Origin: a virus
Lineage: Duplodnaviria; Caudoviricetes
Virus record (IMG/VR): IMGVR_UViG_3300023053_000237
Span: 1 to 35,972 of that record
DNA: 35,972 nucleotides
Reading direction: 5' to 3' (one strand)
The notes beneath the pieces are model-generated. The model did no database searches and had not been told where the DNA came from. It saw only the letters and a list, made by a program, of their open reading frames with translations. Below, piece by piece: positions 27,647-35,972 of this stretch (within the stretch, counting starts at the first letter, position 1; each line of letters begins with the position of its first letter). The position numbers and the translations under genes are program-made.

Positions 27647-27850
27647 ATGCCTTTAAACGAAACTCAGATAAAAGCAAAAATTAAAGCAAAATTATTACTT
27701 GCACGAAATAATACGACTTCAGCAGATCAATCTTTAGATAATTTGATAGACGCAATTTATGAAGTTGTTATAGCAATATTAACAGATGCAGTTGTCACCG
27801 GAATTTGTGGCGGTGCGGGAAGTCCTTTAACGCTCGGAAAAATTACATAA
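27647..27850 (+). CDS. Small baseplate-region protein
   Basis: 67 aa, coupled to neighbouring genes. Confidence 0.6.
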   Translation: MPLNETQIKAKIKAKLLLARNNTTSADQSLDNLIDAIYEVVIAILTDAVVTGICGGAGSPLTLGKIT

Positions 27851-28134
27851 TGAATGATTTACTACTTACACAGGATTATGATCTCGAAATTAAAAACGGG
27901 GATTTTGTTATAGGCGATAGTCAATCGCAATCCGTAGAGCTTATGCTAATGAGTAAACAGGGCGAATATAAATTAAACCCTGAAGCCGGGTGCAATATTT
28001 TATCCGCAAAAAACGGAGTAATCGGAAGATTATTAGATAGGGAAATAAGAATACAATTAGAAGCGGACGGCTTTCAGTTGGAAAATTTAACAATAACAGA
28101 AAACGGAATCGATGTCTCAGGTACTTATATATAA
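27850..28134 (+). CDS. Baseplate gp25/gpW-like protein
   Basis: DL.I.NGDFVIG.S...GEYK.NP..G motif; start at ATG 27850. Confidence 0.65.
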   Translation: MNDLLLTQDYDLEIKNGDFVIGDSQSQSVELMLMSKQGEYKLNPEAGCNILSAKNGVIGRLLDREIRIQLEADGFQLENLTITENGIDVSGTYI

Positions 28135-28423
28135 GGTTTATGAAAATCAAAGCTTTTTAGATATTTCAAATGCTATCTACGGGCATGTGATGTATGCTTT
28201 TGAATTGGCAATATTAAACGGTTTCTCCCCTTCGGATTCAATTCCTGCAGGAAAGGAAATTTTTTATAATTCCGAAAATGAAAATAATGTGTTGGTACTA
28301 AAAAGCTTGGTGTCAAATAATAGCATCCCTGCAACAGCACTAACAACAGCTCAAAATGAACAGATACCAACACCTAAAGGAATTGGAGTTATGAAAATTG
28401 ATAACACTTTTAAAATTGATTAA
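28112..28423 (+). CDS. LysM/tail X-like baseplate protein
   Basis: V.ENQSFLDIS...YG......ELA.LNG pattern. Confidence 0.6.
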   Translation: MSQVLIYKVYENQSFLDISNAIYGHVMYAFELAILNGFSPSDSIPAGKEIFYNSENENNVLVLKSLVSNNSIPATALTTAQNEQIPTPKGIGVMKIDNTFKID

Positions 28424-28761
28424 TGGAAAAATTATTATTAGAGAATTTCGGCGTTTTGATCGCTGGAATTGCATCCGGTGTTGGTGGTTGGGTTTTCGGA
28501 AGAAAGAAAGCAGGTGCAGAACTTGAAAGCAACCAGATTGAAAATGCTAAGAAGTTACTTGAATACTACAAAGAATTAGTAGATGATTTAGGCAACCGTT
28601 TAGATCGTGCTATTGAAAACCTGCAAAAATCTGAAATTGAGAAACAAGAAGTCATTAAAAAATTCTCTGAAGCAACTGAGCAAATTCATGTTTTAGAGAA
28701 GAAAGTAGAAAACTTAACCGAAGAGTTGCAAAAGTATAAGCAGCTAAACAGAAAAGCATAA
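28423..28761 (+). CDS. N-terminal TM plus coiled-coil protein (holin-like candidate)
   Basis: Gly-rich hydrophobic segment, then RKK and a coiled coil. Confidence 0.5.
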   Translation: MEKLLLENFGVLIAGIASGVGGWVFGRKKAGAELESNQIENAKKLLEYYKELVDDLGNRLDRAIENLQKSEIEKQEVIKKFSEATEQIHVLEKKVENLTEELQKYKQLNRKA

Positions 28762-28764
28762 AAA

Positions 28765-29625
28765 ATGAACAAAACATTTGAGCAATTTTTAGCCGAACTA
28801 TTATCAGAAAAGGCAAAAAAAACGACTTTAAACAGTTTGGATAGTACTTCTAAAACTTCCGCGTGGAGACAGTTATTTGAAGTGCTTGCGTGGGTTCTTT
28901 ACAATTTTGCATTGTCGGCACTTTTACACCTTCAGGAGATCAGAGAATTAATTGCCAATCAAAAAGTTTTCAATTTGCGTAGATATCGCTTTGAAGCTTT
29001 AAGATTTCAATACGGCTTTGATCTCGTGGAGGACAGCGACCAATTTAAAACCACATTTTTAAATAATGGTGTTGAAGTCGTTGCAAGTGATGAAGATATT
29101 GAAAATTCAAAAATTGTAAAGTATGCAGCCTGTAACCGTGTTATTGACGGACGTGCAAAAATTGTGATGAAAATAGCGCCTGAAGATTTAGACGGAATTT
29201 TTGACGCTGATGTGATGAACGCATTTTCTAAATATATGGAAGAAATATCGCCCGCAGGCGACCATCTTACAATTATCAATTATTTGCCTGATATGCTAAG
29301 GTTTGTTTTCAAAATCAAATACAATCCAATGGTATTATTGGCAAATGGTATGAATATCATCACTGCAAGTTATCCAGTTACCGAAGCAATTGAAAACTTT
29401 TTAAAAAACCTTCCTTTTAATGGGGAATTGAGTGTACAAAGATTAGAAGCTGCAATATTGGCGGTTGATGGTGTAGAAGATTTGCAAACTTTAGCAATTG
29501 AATCAAAATGGATTGACCCTGCACAAAATGGATATGGTTTATACCAGCCTGTTAATATGTCAGTTATTCCCGCATCTGGAAGGTTTAAAGTAGAAGATTT
29601 TACAGGACTTCAATTTATTGTATGA
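28765..29625 (+). CDS. Baseplate wedge protein (gpJ-like)
   Basis: STSKTSAWR, L.FQYG, LPFNG.L and VDGV.D motifs. Confidence 0.7.
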   Translation: MNKTFEQFLAELLSEKAKKTTLNSLDSTSKTSAWRQLFEVLAWVLYNFALSALLHLQEIRELIANQKVFNLRRYRFEALRFQYGFDLVEDSDQFKTTFLNNGVEVVASDEDIENSKIVKYAACNRVIDGRAKIVMKIAPEDLDGIFDADVMNAFSKYMEEISPAGDHLTIINYLPDMLRFVFKIKYNPMVLLANGMNIITASYPVTEAIENFLKNLPFNGELSVQRLEAAILAVDGVEDLQTLAIESKWIDPAQNGYGLYQPVNMSVIPASGRFKVEDFTGLQFIV

Positions 29626-30110
29626 TGGATAAGCTTTTTGATATTAATTTCAAAAAATTGGCGCTTGAATGGTTGCCGACTTTTAACAGAATGCCTGTTT
29701 TCTCAGCAATTGTATTGGTGATGGTTGCACCTGTTGAATACATGTATAATGAGTTTTTGAAGGCTCGAAAACAAAATTTAATTAGGATAAACACAACCTG
29801 TCAAAAGTTTTCAATGCAAAAGCGTTTGAATGATTATTTCGACCCCGTTAATAGACGTATTGAAATTGTGAAGGCTGTTCTTTTTGATGGTGTTTATCTC
29901 TACACTGAAGCGGAAGACGACCAATGGCGCACAAAAACTCAATGGCTTTATGTTGACAGTTTGCCAATATACCTGTACACGGAAGCGGAACTCAATAGTG
30001 AATTTGATTTCATTGTGAAAGTTCCTACAGGATTAAATGAACTGCAATTAAAAGCAGAAATCGAATATTACATGTTACAATCTAAAAATTACAGAATCGA
30101 ATATATATGA
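29622..30110 (+). CDS. Baseplate wedge protein (gpI-like)
   Basis: LP...R, LND.FD and DFIV.VP motifs; follows the gpJ-like gene. Confidence 0.6.
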   Translation: MMDKLFDINFKKLALEWLPTFNRMPVFSAIVLVMVAPVEYMYNEFLKARKQNLIRINTTCQKFSMQKRLNDYFDPVNRRIEIVKAVLFDGVYLYTEAEDDQWRTKTQWLYVDSLPIYLYTEAELNSEFDFIVKVPTGLNELQLKAEIEYYMLQSKNYRIEYI

Positions 30111-30961
30111 GACTTAATTTTAAATTTATGCAAACGGACGGCGTTCCGTTGACCGCTGATCTTATGGATCAGATACAGGAAGCTTACGCAATTTTTAATG
30201 TTTTGGGAAGCATAGCCGGAAACTTAACAATTCTTTCCGGTTGTGAAATCAACGGTACTTCTGTTAGTTCCGGAATAGTGGTAATTGACAATGATGTTCT
30301 TTTTTTTGAAGGTGGAACGATAAATAATACCGTTTACATTAATCAGGAAAACATTCAAAAAGTATTCAAAAATCAGGTTTCAAAAGTATTAATTGAGAAA
30401 AAAACGGTCAAATTTGGCAACGCTTCAAATACATATAATTGGGCTGATTTTGTGAGATTAAAGACTTTAAAAGAAATTCAGGTTTTGGTCGAAAACAGCG
30501 TTACTCAGCAACAGTTCGCAGTCGCTTTAGCTGATATTGAACTGTTAAAACTTAAAACAGCTCCTGTATTCAATGGAGGTGTAGTTTGGGCTTTTGGAAG
30601 ACCTGCCAATGAGATTCCTACAGGATGGAAAGAAGCGATTGATATTCGTGGAAAAACAATCGTAGGACATGATCCCAATGACCCGATGTTTTCAACTTTG
30701 GGCGCAAATGTTGGTTCTAAAACACATCAACTGACAGCTAATGAGTTGCCACAACTTTCGGGAACAATGTACACAATAGCACCTGCCAATGATTACGGTT
30801 CAGGAATAACAAGTGTTCAAAATCAATCAACAGCTTCGATCGGTGGTAGTTCTGTAGCATATATGCACAAAAATTTTAGAATAACTTTTGGTGCTAATCA
30901 GCCTCACAACATCGTTCAGTCTTCGCACATTGCTCACTATATCGAACCAAACTTCCAATAA
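30107..30961 (+). CDS. Tail fibre/collar-domain protein
   Basis: IPTGW...DIRGK.IVG...G...G...HQLT.NELP and PHNIVQ collar motifs. Confidence 0.75.
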   Translation: MRLNFKFMQTDGVPLTADLMDQIQEAYAIFNVLGSIAGNLTILSGCEINGTSVSSGIVVIDNDVLFFEGGTINNTVYINQENIQKVFKNQVSKVLIEKKTVKFGNASNTYNWADFVRLKTLKEIQVLVENSVTQQQFAVALADIELLKLKTAPVFNGGVVWAFGRPANEIPTGWKEAIDIRGKTIVGHDPNDPMFSTLGANVGSKTHQLTANELPQLSGTMYTIAPANDYGSGITSVQNQSTASIGGSSVAYMHKNFRITFGANQPHNIVQSSHIAHYIEPNFQ

Positions 30962-30965
30962 TATT

Positions 30966-32936
30966 ATGTCACAATTACGAACTACAGTTTATCAATATTT
31001 TCAAACAGGCGACATTCCAACTGAAGCACAATTCCAATTTTCTTGGAACTCAGTTTGGTTCAAGGATGAAAAATTTACAATCTCTGATACAACAGGGCTT
31101 GAAAATGCCCTGCAAAATAAACTTGATACAACGCATTTAACGGATGAAAACGCACACCAAAATACGCTTGCAAAACTTAACGCATCTAATCTAAACGATG
31201 AACAAAAAGAAGCTTGGAAAAGTGCTTTAGGTGTTGGAACGATTCCGGACAATATAGCATTTGTTGATGCCGGTGTAGTTCCGGAAGTCTATAACAAAGA
31301 TCAGATTCATGCAATGACAATGTTGATTGCCGATTATACAATTGCCGGAAAAGTCAGAGCCGATAAAATTGAAGCTTTAGGGCTTACAGATTTGATTCAA
31401 GTGGATGAAAATACTTTAACTGATTTTGTTGCTAATGCTGATAATTACGAATTTCAGAAAAATGATTTCGTAGCTATTCCAGATGTTAACGGAAATTATT
31501 CCTTGTTTATTTTCAAAGGAGGCAATAAAAATGTTGTAGGAAGCTATTTAGCAACGGGCTTAACAAACATTACAATTTCGATGGTTGAGGGTTTACAAAC
31601 TGCTTTGAATGGTAAGGTTGATAAACCAATATCACAAGGAAGTTATTTTGCACAAATTGACCAAAACGGTAGTTATATTTGGCGAAATATCGTTCCGACA
31701 GCTAATAATCTTCTTGTTTGGAATGGTTCTGCTTTTGAGGCTTCTAATTGGTTCAGAAATCCTGCAAATGGACGTATAGGTGTTGGAACTACCACCCCAA
31801 CCGAACAATTACACTTGATGGCTCGTGCGAGAATGTCAGCTTTGGTTCTTGACGAAAATACGGAAATTCTTCCCGGACAAATTACGAGATCAGGAAATAG
31901 ATTTTCTGGTACAAATCCTTCCGGCATAAAAAAGGGCTTCCAGTATAACGATTATGAAGATTTTTTAAGCACATTCTCCGGGTTTTCGCAAGCTCAAAAT
32001 CTTACAATTTCGCAGTTATTGAACGGGGGCGCTGGAAGTGGTGGCAATATGAGTGTAAATTTAATTTCACCTCCAATAGTGCAGAATCAATATGATTCGA
32101 TTGAATACATAATGTTACAAGGTGCTAATCTTAACCTTTCAGCAGTTAGCCGAAAAGTAGAAATTTTAGAAGCTGATAAAACGACGGTAAAAGCTATAAT
32201 TCCCGACAATCAAGTTCAAACTTATGATAACGGATTATCATTAGTTTTCTACTATAATTTTCATCAGTTTACGGAAGGGCAGTATTTTATCCGATTAACG
32301 AGCGGAAGTAAAGTTTTCATTACTTCTTTGGATTTAAATATTGTCCCACAAATTACTAACGTGAATTTAAATAATTTGACATGGGATATAATTTACGATC
32401 AATCTATTACCCCTAACTCAAATGATATTGCTATCGGAGATAATTTCCGAATTACACTTCCCGACATGGACACTGTACTGCCTGTGATAAATTTGAAAAG
32501 TTCAGAAATATTTGATGTAGGTGAAGATTTTTATATAGAGTTCAAAATCCAATTATCGGCATACGGTTCAAATGCGTCAAATGCGTCAAAAACATTTATT
32601 GGAATCGGCTACAGTTCAACGCAAAACAGTAATATCAATAATACATTAGCAAGTACATCATATTATACGACTAATAGAACCTATAATTACGGAAACGGGG
32701 ACACCTATTTGGCAAATGCACAGTCCGCACCTTTGGAATACAACGTTAAAATCATCAAAACAGGAAACTTGTTCCGAACCATCATTGGAAACTTAAATAA
32801 ATCTGACATTTTAACCAATAATGAAGGTTATAGCTTCTTTGCGAACTTGATTGCGTATACAACACAAAACGGTATTTTCCCTGGTCAAAATGTAATAGTA
32901 CAATGTAAAATTTTAAAAGCTTTTAAATTTAACTAA
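30966..32936 (+). CDS. Tail fibre / receptor-binding protein candidate
   Basis: FQTGD.PTEAQF N-terminus, I..V.GLQTAL.GKVD, GRIGVGTTTP and a beta-rich C-terminus; start at ATG 30966. Confidence 0.7.
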   Translation: MSQLRTTVYQYFQTGDIPTEAQFQFSWNSVWFKDEKFTISDTTGLENALQNKLDTTHLTDENAHQNTLAKLNASNLNDEQKEAWKSALGVGTIPDNIAFVDAGVVPEVYNKDQIHAMTMLIADYTIAGKVRADKIEALGLTDLIQVDENTLTDFVANADNYEFQKNDFVAIPDVNGNYSLFIFKGGNKNVVGSYLATGLTNITISMVEGLQTALNGKVDKPISQGSYFAQIDQNGSYIWRNIVPTANNLLVWNGSAFEASNWFRNPANGRIGVGTTTPTEQLHLMARARMSALVLDENTEILPGQITRSGNRFSGTNPSGIKKGFQYNDYEDFLSTFSGFSQAQNLTISQLLNGGAGSGGNMSVNLISPPIVQNQYDSIEYIMLQGANLNLSAVSRKVEILEADKTTVKAIIPDNQVQTYDNGLSLVFYYNFHQFTEGQYFIRLTSGSKVFITSLDLNIVPQITNVNLNNLTWDIIYDQSITPNSNDIAIGDNFRITLPDMDTVLPVINLKSSEIFDVGEDFYIEFKIQLSAYGSNASNASKTFIGIGYSSTQNSNINNTLASTSYYTTNRTYNYGNGDTYLANAQSAPLEYNVKIIKTGNLFRTIIGNLNKSDILTNNEGYSFFANLIAYTTQNGIFPGQNVIVQCKILKAFKFN

Positions 32937-32937
32937 T

Positions 32938-33435
32938 ATGGAAACTAAATTAATAATATCGCCTGAAAACCAGGCAATGATTGACGCAATCAAAAATACC
33001 GGGAAAACTTGGTTTGAAATGGCTTTGCCGGATCATTCTGTTTATCCACAATTTGCCCGAAAACTCGTTGTTACAGGATTTAACACTCCGGACATGGAAG
33101 GTGACGAAGAGCGTATTTACGTAAATGTTCGCCAATATCTCATTCTAAAAGAAGGCAATACAATTCACAGAAAAATCAAAATGCCATTGTGGCAGATTCA
33201 TGAAGGCAACGTAGAAGAAATTGTCGGAACTGACGGAAATCTTTTAACTGGAACACTTACAACCTATGACGATAATGGAAATGTTATCTCTGAGGTTGAA
33301 GAGACTTTGAAGGCTCAATCAGTACAATATGTGCGTTTTCTTGTAAAAAATAAGCAATTACATATCGTAGATGTTTTAGCTCGTTTTATGAGCATCTATG
33401 TAGATAAATTCAAAACTGAAATAGATAATATATGA
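32938..33435 (+). CDS. Hypothetical protein (fibre-associated)
   Basis: 165 aa starting 1 bp after the fibre gene. Confidence 0.65.
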   Translation: METKLIISPENQAMIDAIKNTGKTWFEMALPDHSVYPQFARKLVVTGFNTPDMEGDEERIYVNVRQYLILKEGNTIHRKIKMPLWQIHEGNVEEIVGTDGNLLTGTLTTYDDNGNVISEVEETLKAQSVQYVRFLVKNKQLHIVDVLARFMSIYVDKFKTEIDNI

Positions 33436-33788
33436 AGAAATTTTTAATCGATTTACTGCTTTTTTTAGTGGCTTTCCTGCTCGTATTGCCATTAACTATA
33501 ATTAATTTTTTTGTTGTGTTATTCACATCTAAAGACCACGCAAAGGGATATTTCAGAAGCACGGCAGTTAACATTGATAAATTTGGAAATCGAGAGTTCC
33601 GGAAGCTTTGGAACTTGACTTTGCGCACTGAAAACGGTTACGAGTTTGGAAATGTTGAAGAAACTATTTCTTCAGCGTTGGGGAAAAACGAACGTGATGG
33701 AACTTTAAGCGGAATCGGAAAGGTTTTAACTTGGATTCTAAATTTATTAGATAAAAATCACGGGCTAAAATCAATTGTAGAACTGTAA
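33432..33788 (+). CDS. Membrane-anchored phage protein
   Basis: Hydrophobic N-terminus; D.FGN...FG...ETISS.LGKN motif. Confidence 0.65.
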   Translation: MKKFLIDLLLFLVAFLLVLPLTIINFFVVLFTSKDHAKGYFRSTAVNIDKFGNREFRKLWNLTLRTENGYEFGNVEETISSALGKNERDGTLSGIGKVLTWILNLLDKNHGLKSIVEL

Positions 33789-33830
33789 ATTTAAAAGGTC
33801 TTTAAAAGCTTTTTAAAATGTAATTTAATT

Positions 33831-34169
33831 ATGGGACAGATTATAGAAATGTTTGTTAAGCCTTTGAATAGAGAAAGGTTTGAACAGAAAGAAGAAGCGG
33901 AAGTAATATCACTTAAACAGAGATTTTGCAGTCATCAGTTAGAAATCGATGAAGATATTGACCAGCATAATTGTGAAAATTGTGGTAAGCTATTTACATC
34001 ACATGAAGCTTTATTATACGTTTTACATCATCGGGAAACAAAACTAACATCTTACAATCTTAGAAATGAAATACACTTCCTTACCGAGAAACGAGATTTA
34101 ATAAAATCGGATATTGAATTTCTGAAAAAAGAAAAACGATCAGCAGCAAAATTATATAAGGTTCTATAA
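33831..34169 (+). CDS. Zn-finger plus coiled-coil protein, last prophage gene
   Basis: CSH...CENC motif followed by a coiled coil. Confidence 0.6.
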   Translation: MGQIIEMFVKPLNRERFEQKEEAEVISLKQRFCSHQLEIDEDIDQHNCENCGKLFTSHEALLYVLHHRETKLTSYNLRNEIHFLTEKRDLIKSDIEFLKKEKRSAAKLYKVL

Positions 34170-34186
34170 TCGTCTGACAAATGTAA

Positions 34187-34219
34187 AAACCCCATTTAAA
34201 TAGTTTTTAATTGGGGTTT
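34187..34219 (+). terminator. Stem-loop after the last phage gene
   Basis: AAACCCCAtTTAAA...TTTAAtTGGGGTTT imperfect inverted repeat followed by T-rich sequence. Confidence 0.5.
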
Positions 34220-34228
34220 AATTTTGAT

Positions 34229-34280
34229 TTTTTTGGACGTTTTAATTTATTTTTCTTGACCTTTTAATTTGCCGTTTATA
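34229..34280. repeat. Prophage right end with tandem transposase-binding-like sites
   Basis: TTTTTTGGACGTTTTAATTT (34229-34248) and TTTTCTTGACCTTTTAATTT (34251-34270), 17/20 identical and 22 bp apart; terminus GCCGTTTATA. Confidence 0.75.
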
Positions 34281-35531
34281 CTTTGAGATACAACCCAACC
34301 GGTTTTTACTATGTGCGTAATATGCGCCCGTTGTGAATTGCTTTCATTTTTGAGTATCTTTGAGATACAACCCAACGGGATTAAATGCCCTTTGTTACTA
34401 AATAACGTTGTGAATTGCTTTCATTTTTGAGTATCTTTGAGATACAACCCAACTAAGCGCCCAGGCGAAGAACCCACCAACATGTTGTGAATTGCTTTCA
34501 TTTTTGAGTATCTTTGAGATACAACCCAACTAGTCTTTCCATTCCAGGATTAGAGTAATAGTTGTGAATTGCTTTCATTTTTGAGTATCTTTGAGATACA
34601 ACCCAACAGAATATAATTTATTAGAAAAACCAAAAGGGTTGTGAATTGCTTTCATTTTTGAGTATCTTTGAGATACAACCCAACAAGATTATAAAGAAAT
34701 GGTTGAGTGGATGCGTTGTGAATTGCTTTCATTTTTGAGTATCTTTGAGATACAACCCAACCGTGTGTCGTAATTGTTCTTTCTGTTGCCTGTTGTGAAT
34801 TGCTTTCATTTTTGAGTATCTTTGAGATACAACCCAACATACTAAGAATATGACACATTTAAGCGTTAGTTGTGAATTGCTTTCATTTTTGAGTATCTTT
34901 GAGATACAACCCAACATAATGCATGGTATTATGTTCAACAGGTAGGTTGTGAATTGCTTTCATTTTTGAGTATCTTTGAGATACAACCCAACATACTAAA
35001 AATGAGCAGATTACCAGAAATAGTTGTGAATTGCTTTCATTTTTGAGTATCTTTGAGATACAACCCAACGGGAGGTACGTCTACAGGTCATAGCCGATAG
35101 TTGTGAATTGCTTTCATTTTTGAGTATCTTTGAGATACAACCCAACCATGAAAACATTATTACAAATATTAAACGAGTTGTGAATTGCTTTCATTTTTGA
35201 GTATCTTTGAGATACAACCCAACCGAAATATACGACTTAGATAAGTTCTACGCGTTGTGAATTGCTTTCATTTTTGAGTATCTTTGAGATACAACCCAAC
35301 ACAATGTTGCCAATAAACAAAAGGTAACGCGTTGTGAATTGCTTTCATTTTTGAGTATCTTTGAGATACAACCCAACGCAGGAAGTACCGACGACACCGC
35401 GGAAAGTGTTGTGAATTGCTTTCATTTTTGAGTATCTTTGAGATACAACCCAACAATATTCATTATATACCATATTATAAGCTAGTTGTGAATTGCTTTC
35501 ATTTTTGAGTATCTTTGAGATACAACCCAAC
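34281..35531 (+). CRISPR. Type II-C-like CRISPR array: one truncated repeat (34281-34299), 16 full 47-bp repeats, 16 spacers of 30 bp
   Basis: GTTGTGAATTGCTTTCATTTTTGAGTATCTTTGAGATACAACCCAAC with a 77-bp period from 34330 to 35531; adjacent to cas2/cas1 with no csn2 or cas4 in between. Subtype and strand are inferred; cas9 is not in the window. Confidence 0.97.
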
Positions 35532-35536
35532 CTCAA

Positions 35537-35569
35537 AAAACAATCTACTGATTTTCAGTAGATTGTTTT
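35537..35569. terminator. Bidirectional terminator-like hairpin between the array and cas2
   Basis: Perfect 15-bp stem AAAACAATCTACTGA-ttt-TCAGTAGATTGTTTT. Confidence 0.75.
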
Positions 35570-35588
35570 CATTTTTAGGATTTAAATT

Positions 35589-35972
<384 letters not shown>

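Larger units (their letters stand above)
1..34280 (+). mobile_element. Mu-like transposable prophage with contractile tail; left end outside the window, right end at 34280
   Basis: DDE transposase plus AAA ATPase pair, Mu-type portal/gp36/gpF/gpG, sheath-tube-tape measure-baseplate genes, and terminal repeats abutting a broken CRISPR repeat. Confidence 0.93.

Noticed and set aside
30107-33435. Invertible tail-fibre segment or diversity-generating retroelement
   Set aside because: No invertase, reverse transcriptase, flanking inverted repeats or template/variable repeat pair was seen.
2614-33628. Numerous 60-150 aa ORFs antisense to or nested within long genes
   Set aside because: Shadow frames with no motifs, fully overlapping well-supported genes.
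34281-34299. Truncated repeat as an ordinary degenerate terminal repeat
   Set aside because: The 19 retained bases are perfect and the change to phage-end sequence is abrupt.
34531-34560. Spacer 4 similarity to gpF (near 12733-12762) and to the transposase (near 728-758)
   Set aside because: Only about 19-20/30 identity by eye with unmatched flanks, consistent with chance. No convincing self-targeting spacer was seen; a short-word BLAST of all 16 spacers is needed to be sure.
34652-35536. Five minus-strand ORFs inside the array
   Set aside because: Artefacts of translating the repeats.

Overview
Positions 1-34280 are the centre and right end of a Mu-like transposable prophage with a contractile tail, of the type found in Bacteroidota. 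A Flavobacteriia/Chryseobacterium-like host is inferred from promoter motifs and CRISPR repeat style. The prophage carries a DDE transposase, a MuB-like ATPase, a second ATPase and early accessory genes. It also carries a minus-strand packaging/head module (terminases, portal, gpF, gpG) and a plus-strand block of protease, capsid, lysis, sheath/tube, tape measure, baseplate and fibre genes. The left end and repressor are not in the window. The right end (tandem transposase-binding-like repeats ending ...GCCGTTTATA at 34280) is joined directly to the last 19 bp of a 47-bp CRISPR repeat. So the phage appears to have inserted inside a repeat of a type II-C-like array (16 intact repeats, 16 spacers of 30 bp), which is followed by cas2 and the 3' end of cas1 on the minus strand. 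Other signals: a probable -1 ribosomal frameshift fusing portal to the gpF minor head protein, a lambda G/GT-type chaperone frameshift, a repeat-embedded Bacteroidota promoter, an unannotated antisense membrane moron, and recurring 11-bp-phased TTTAAW arrays. All family assignments come from motif recognition and synteny by eye; no database search was run.
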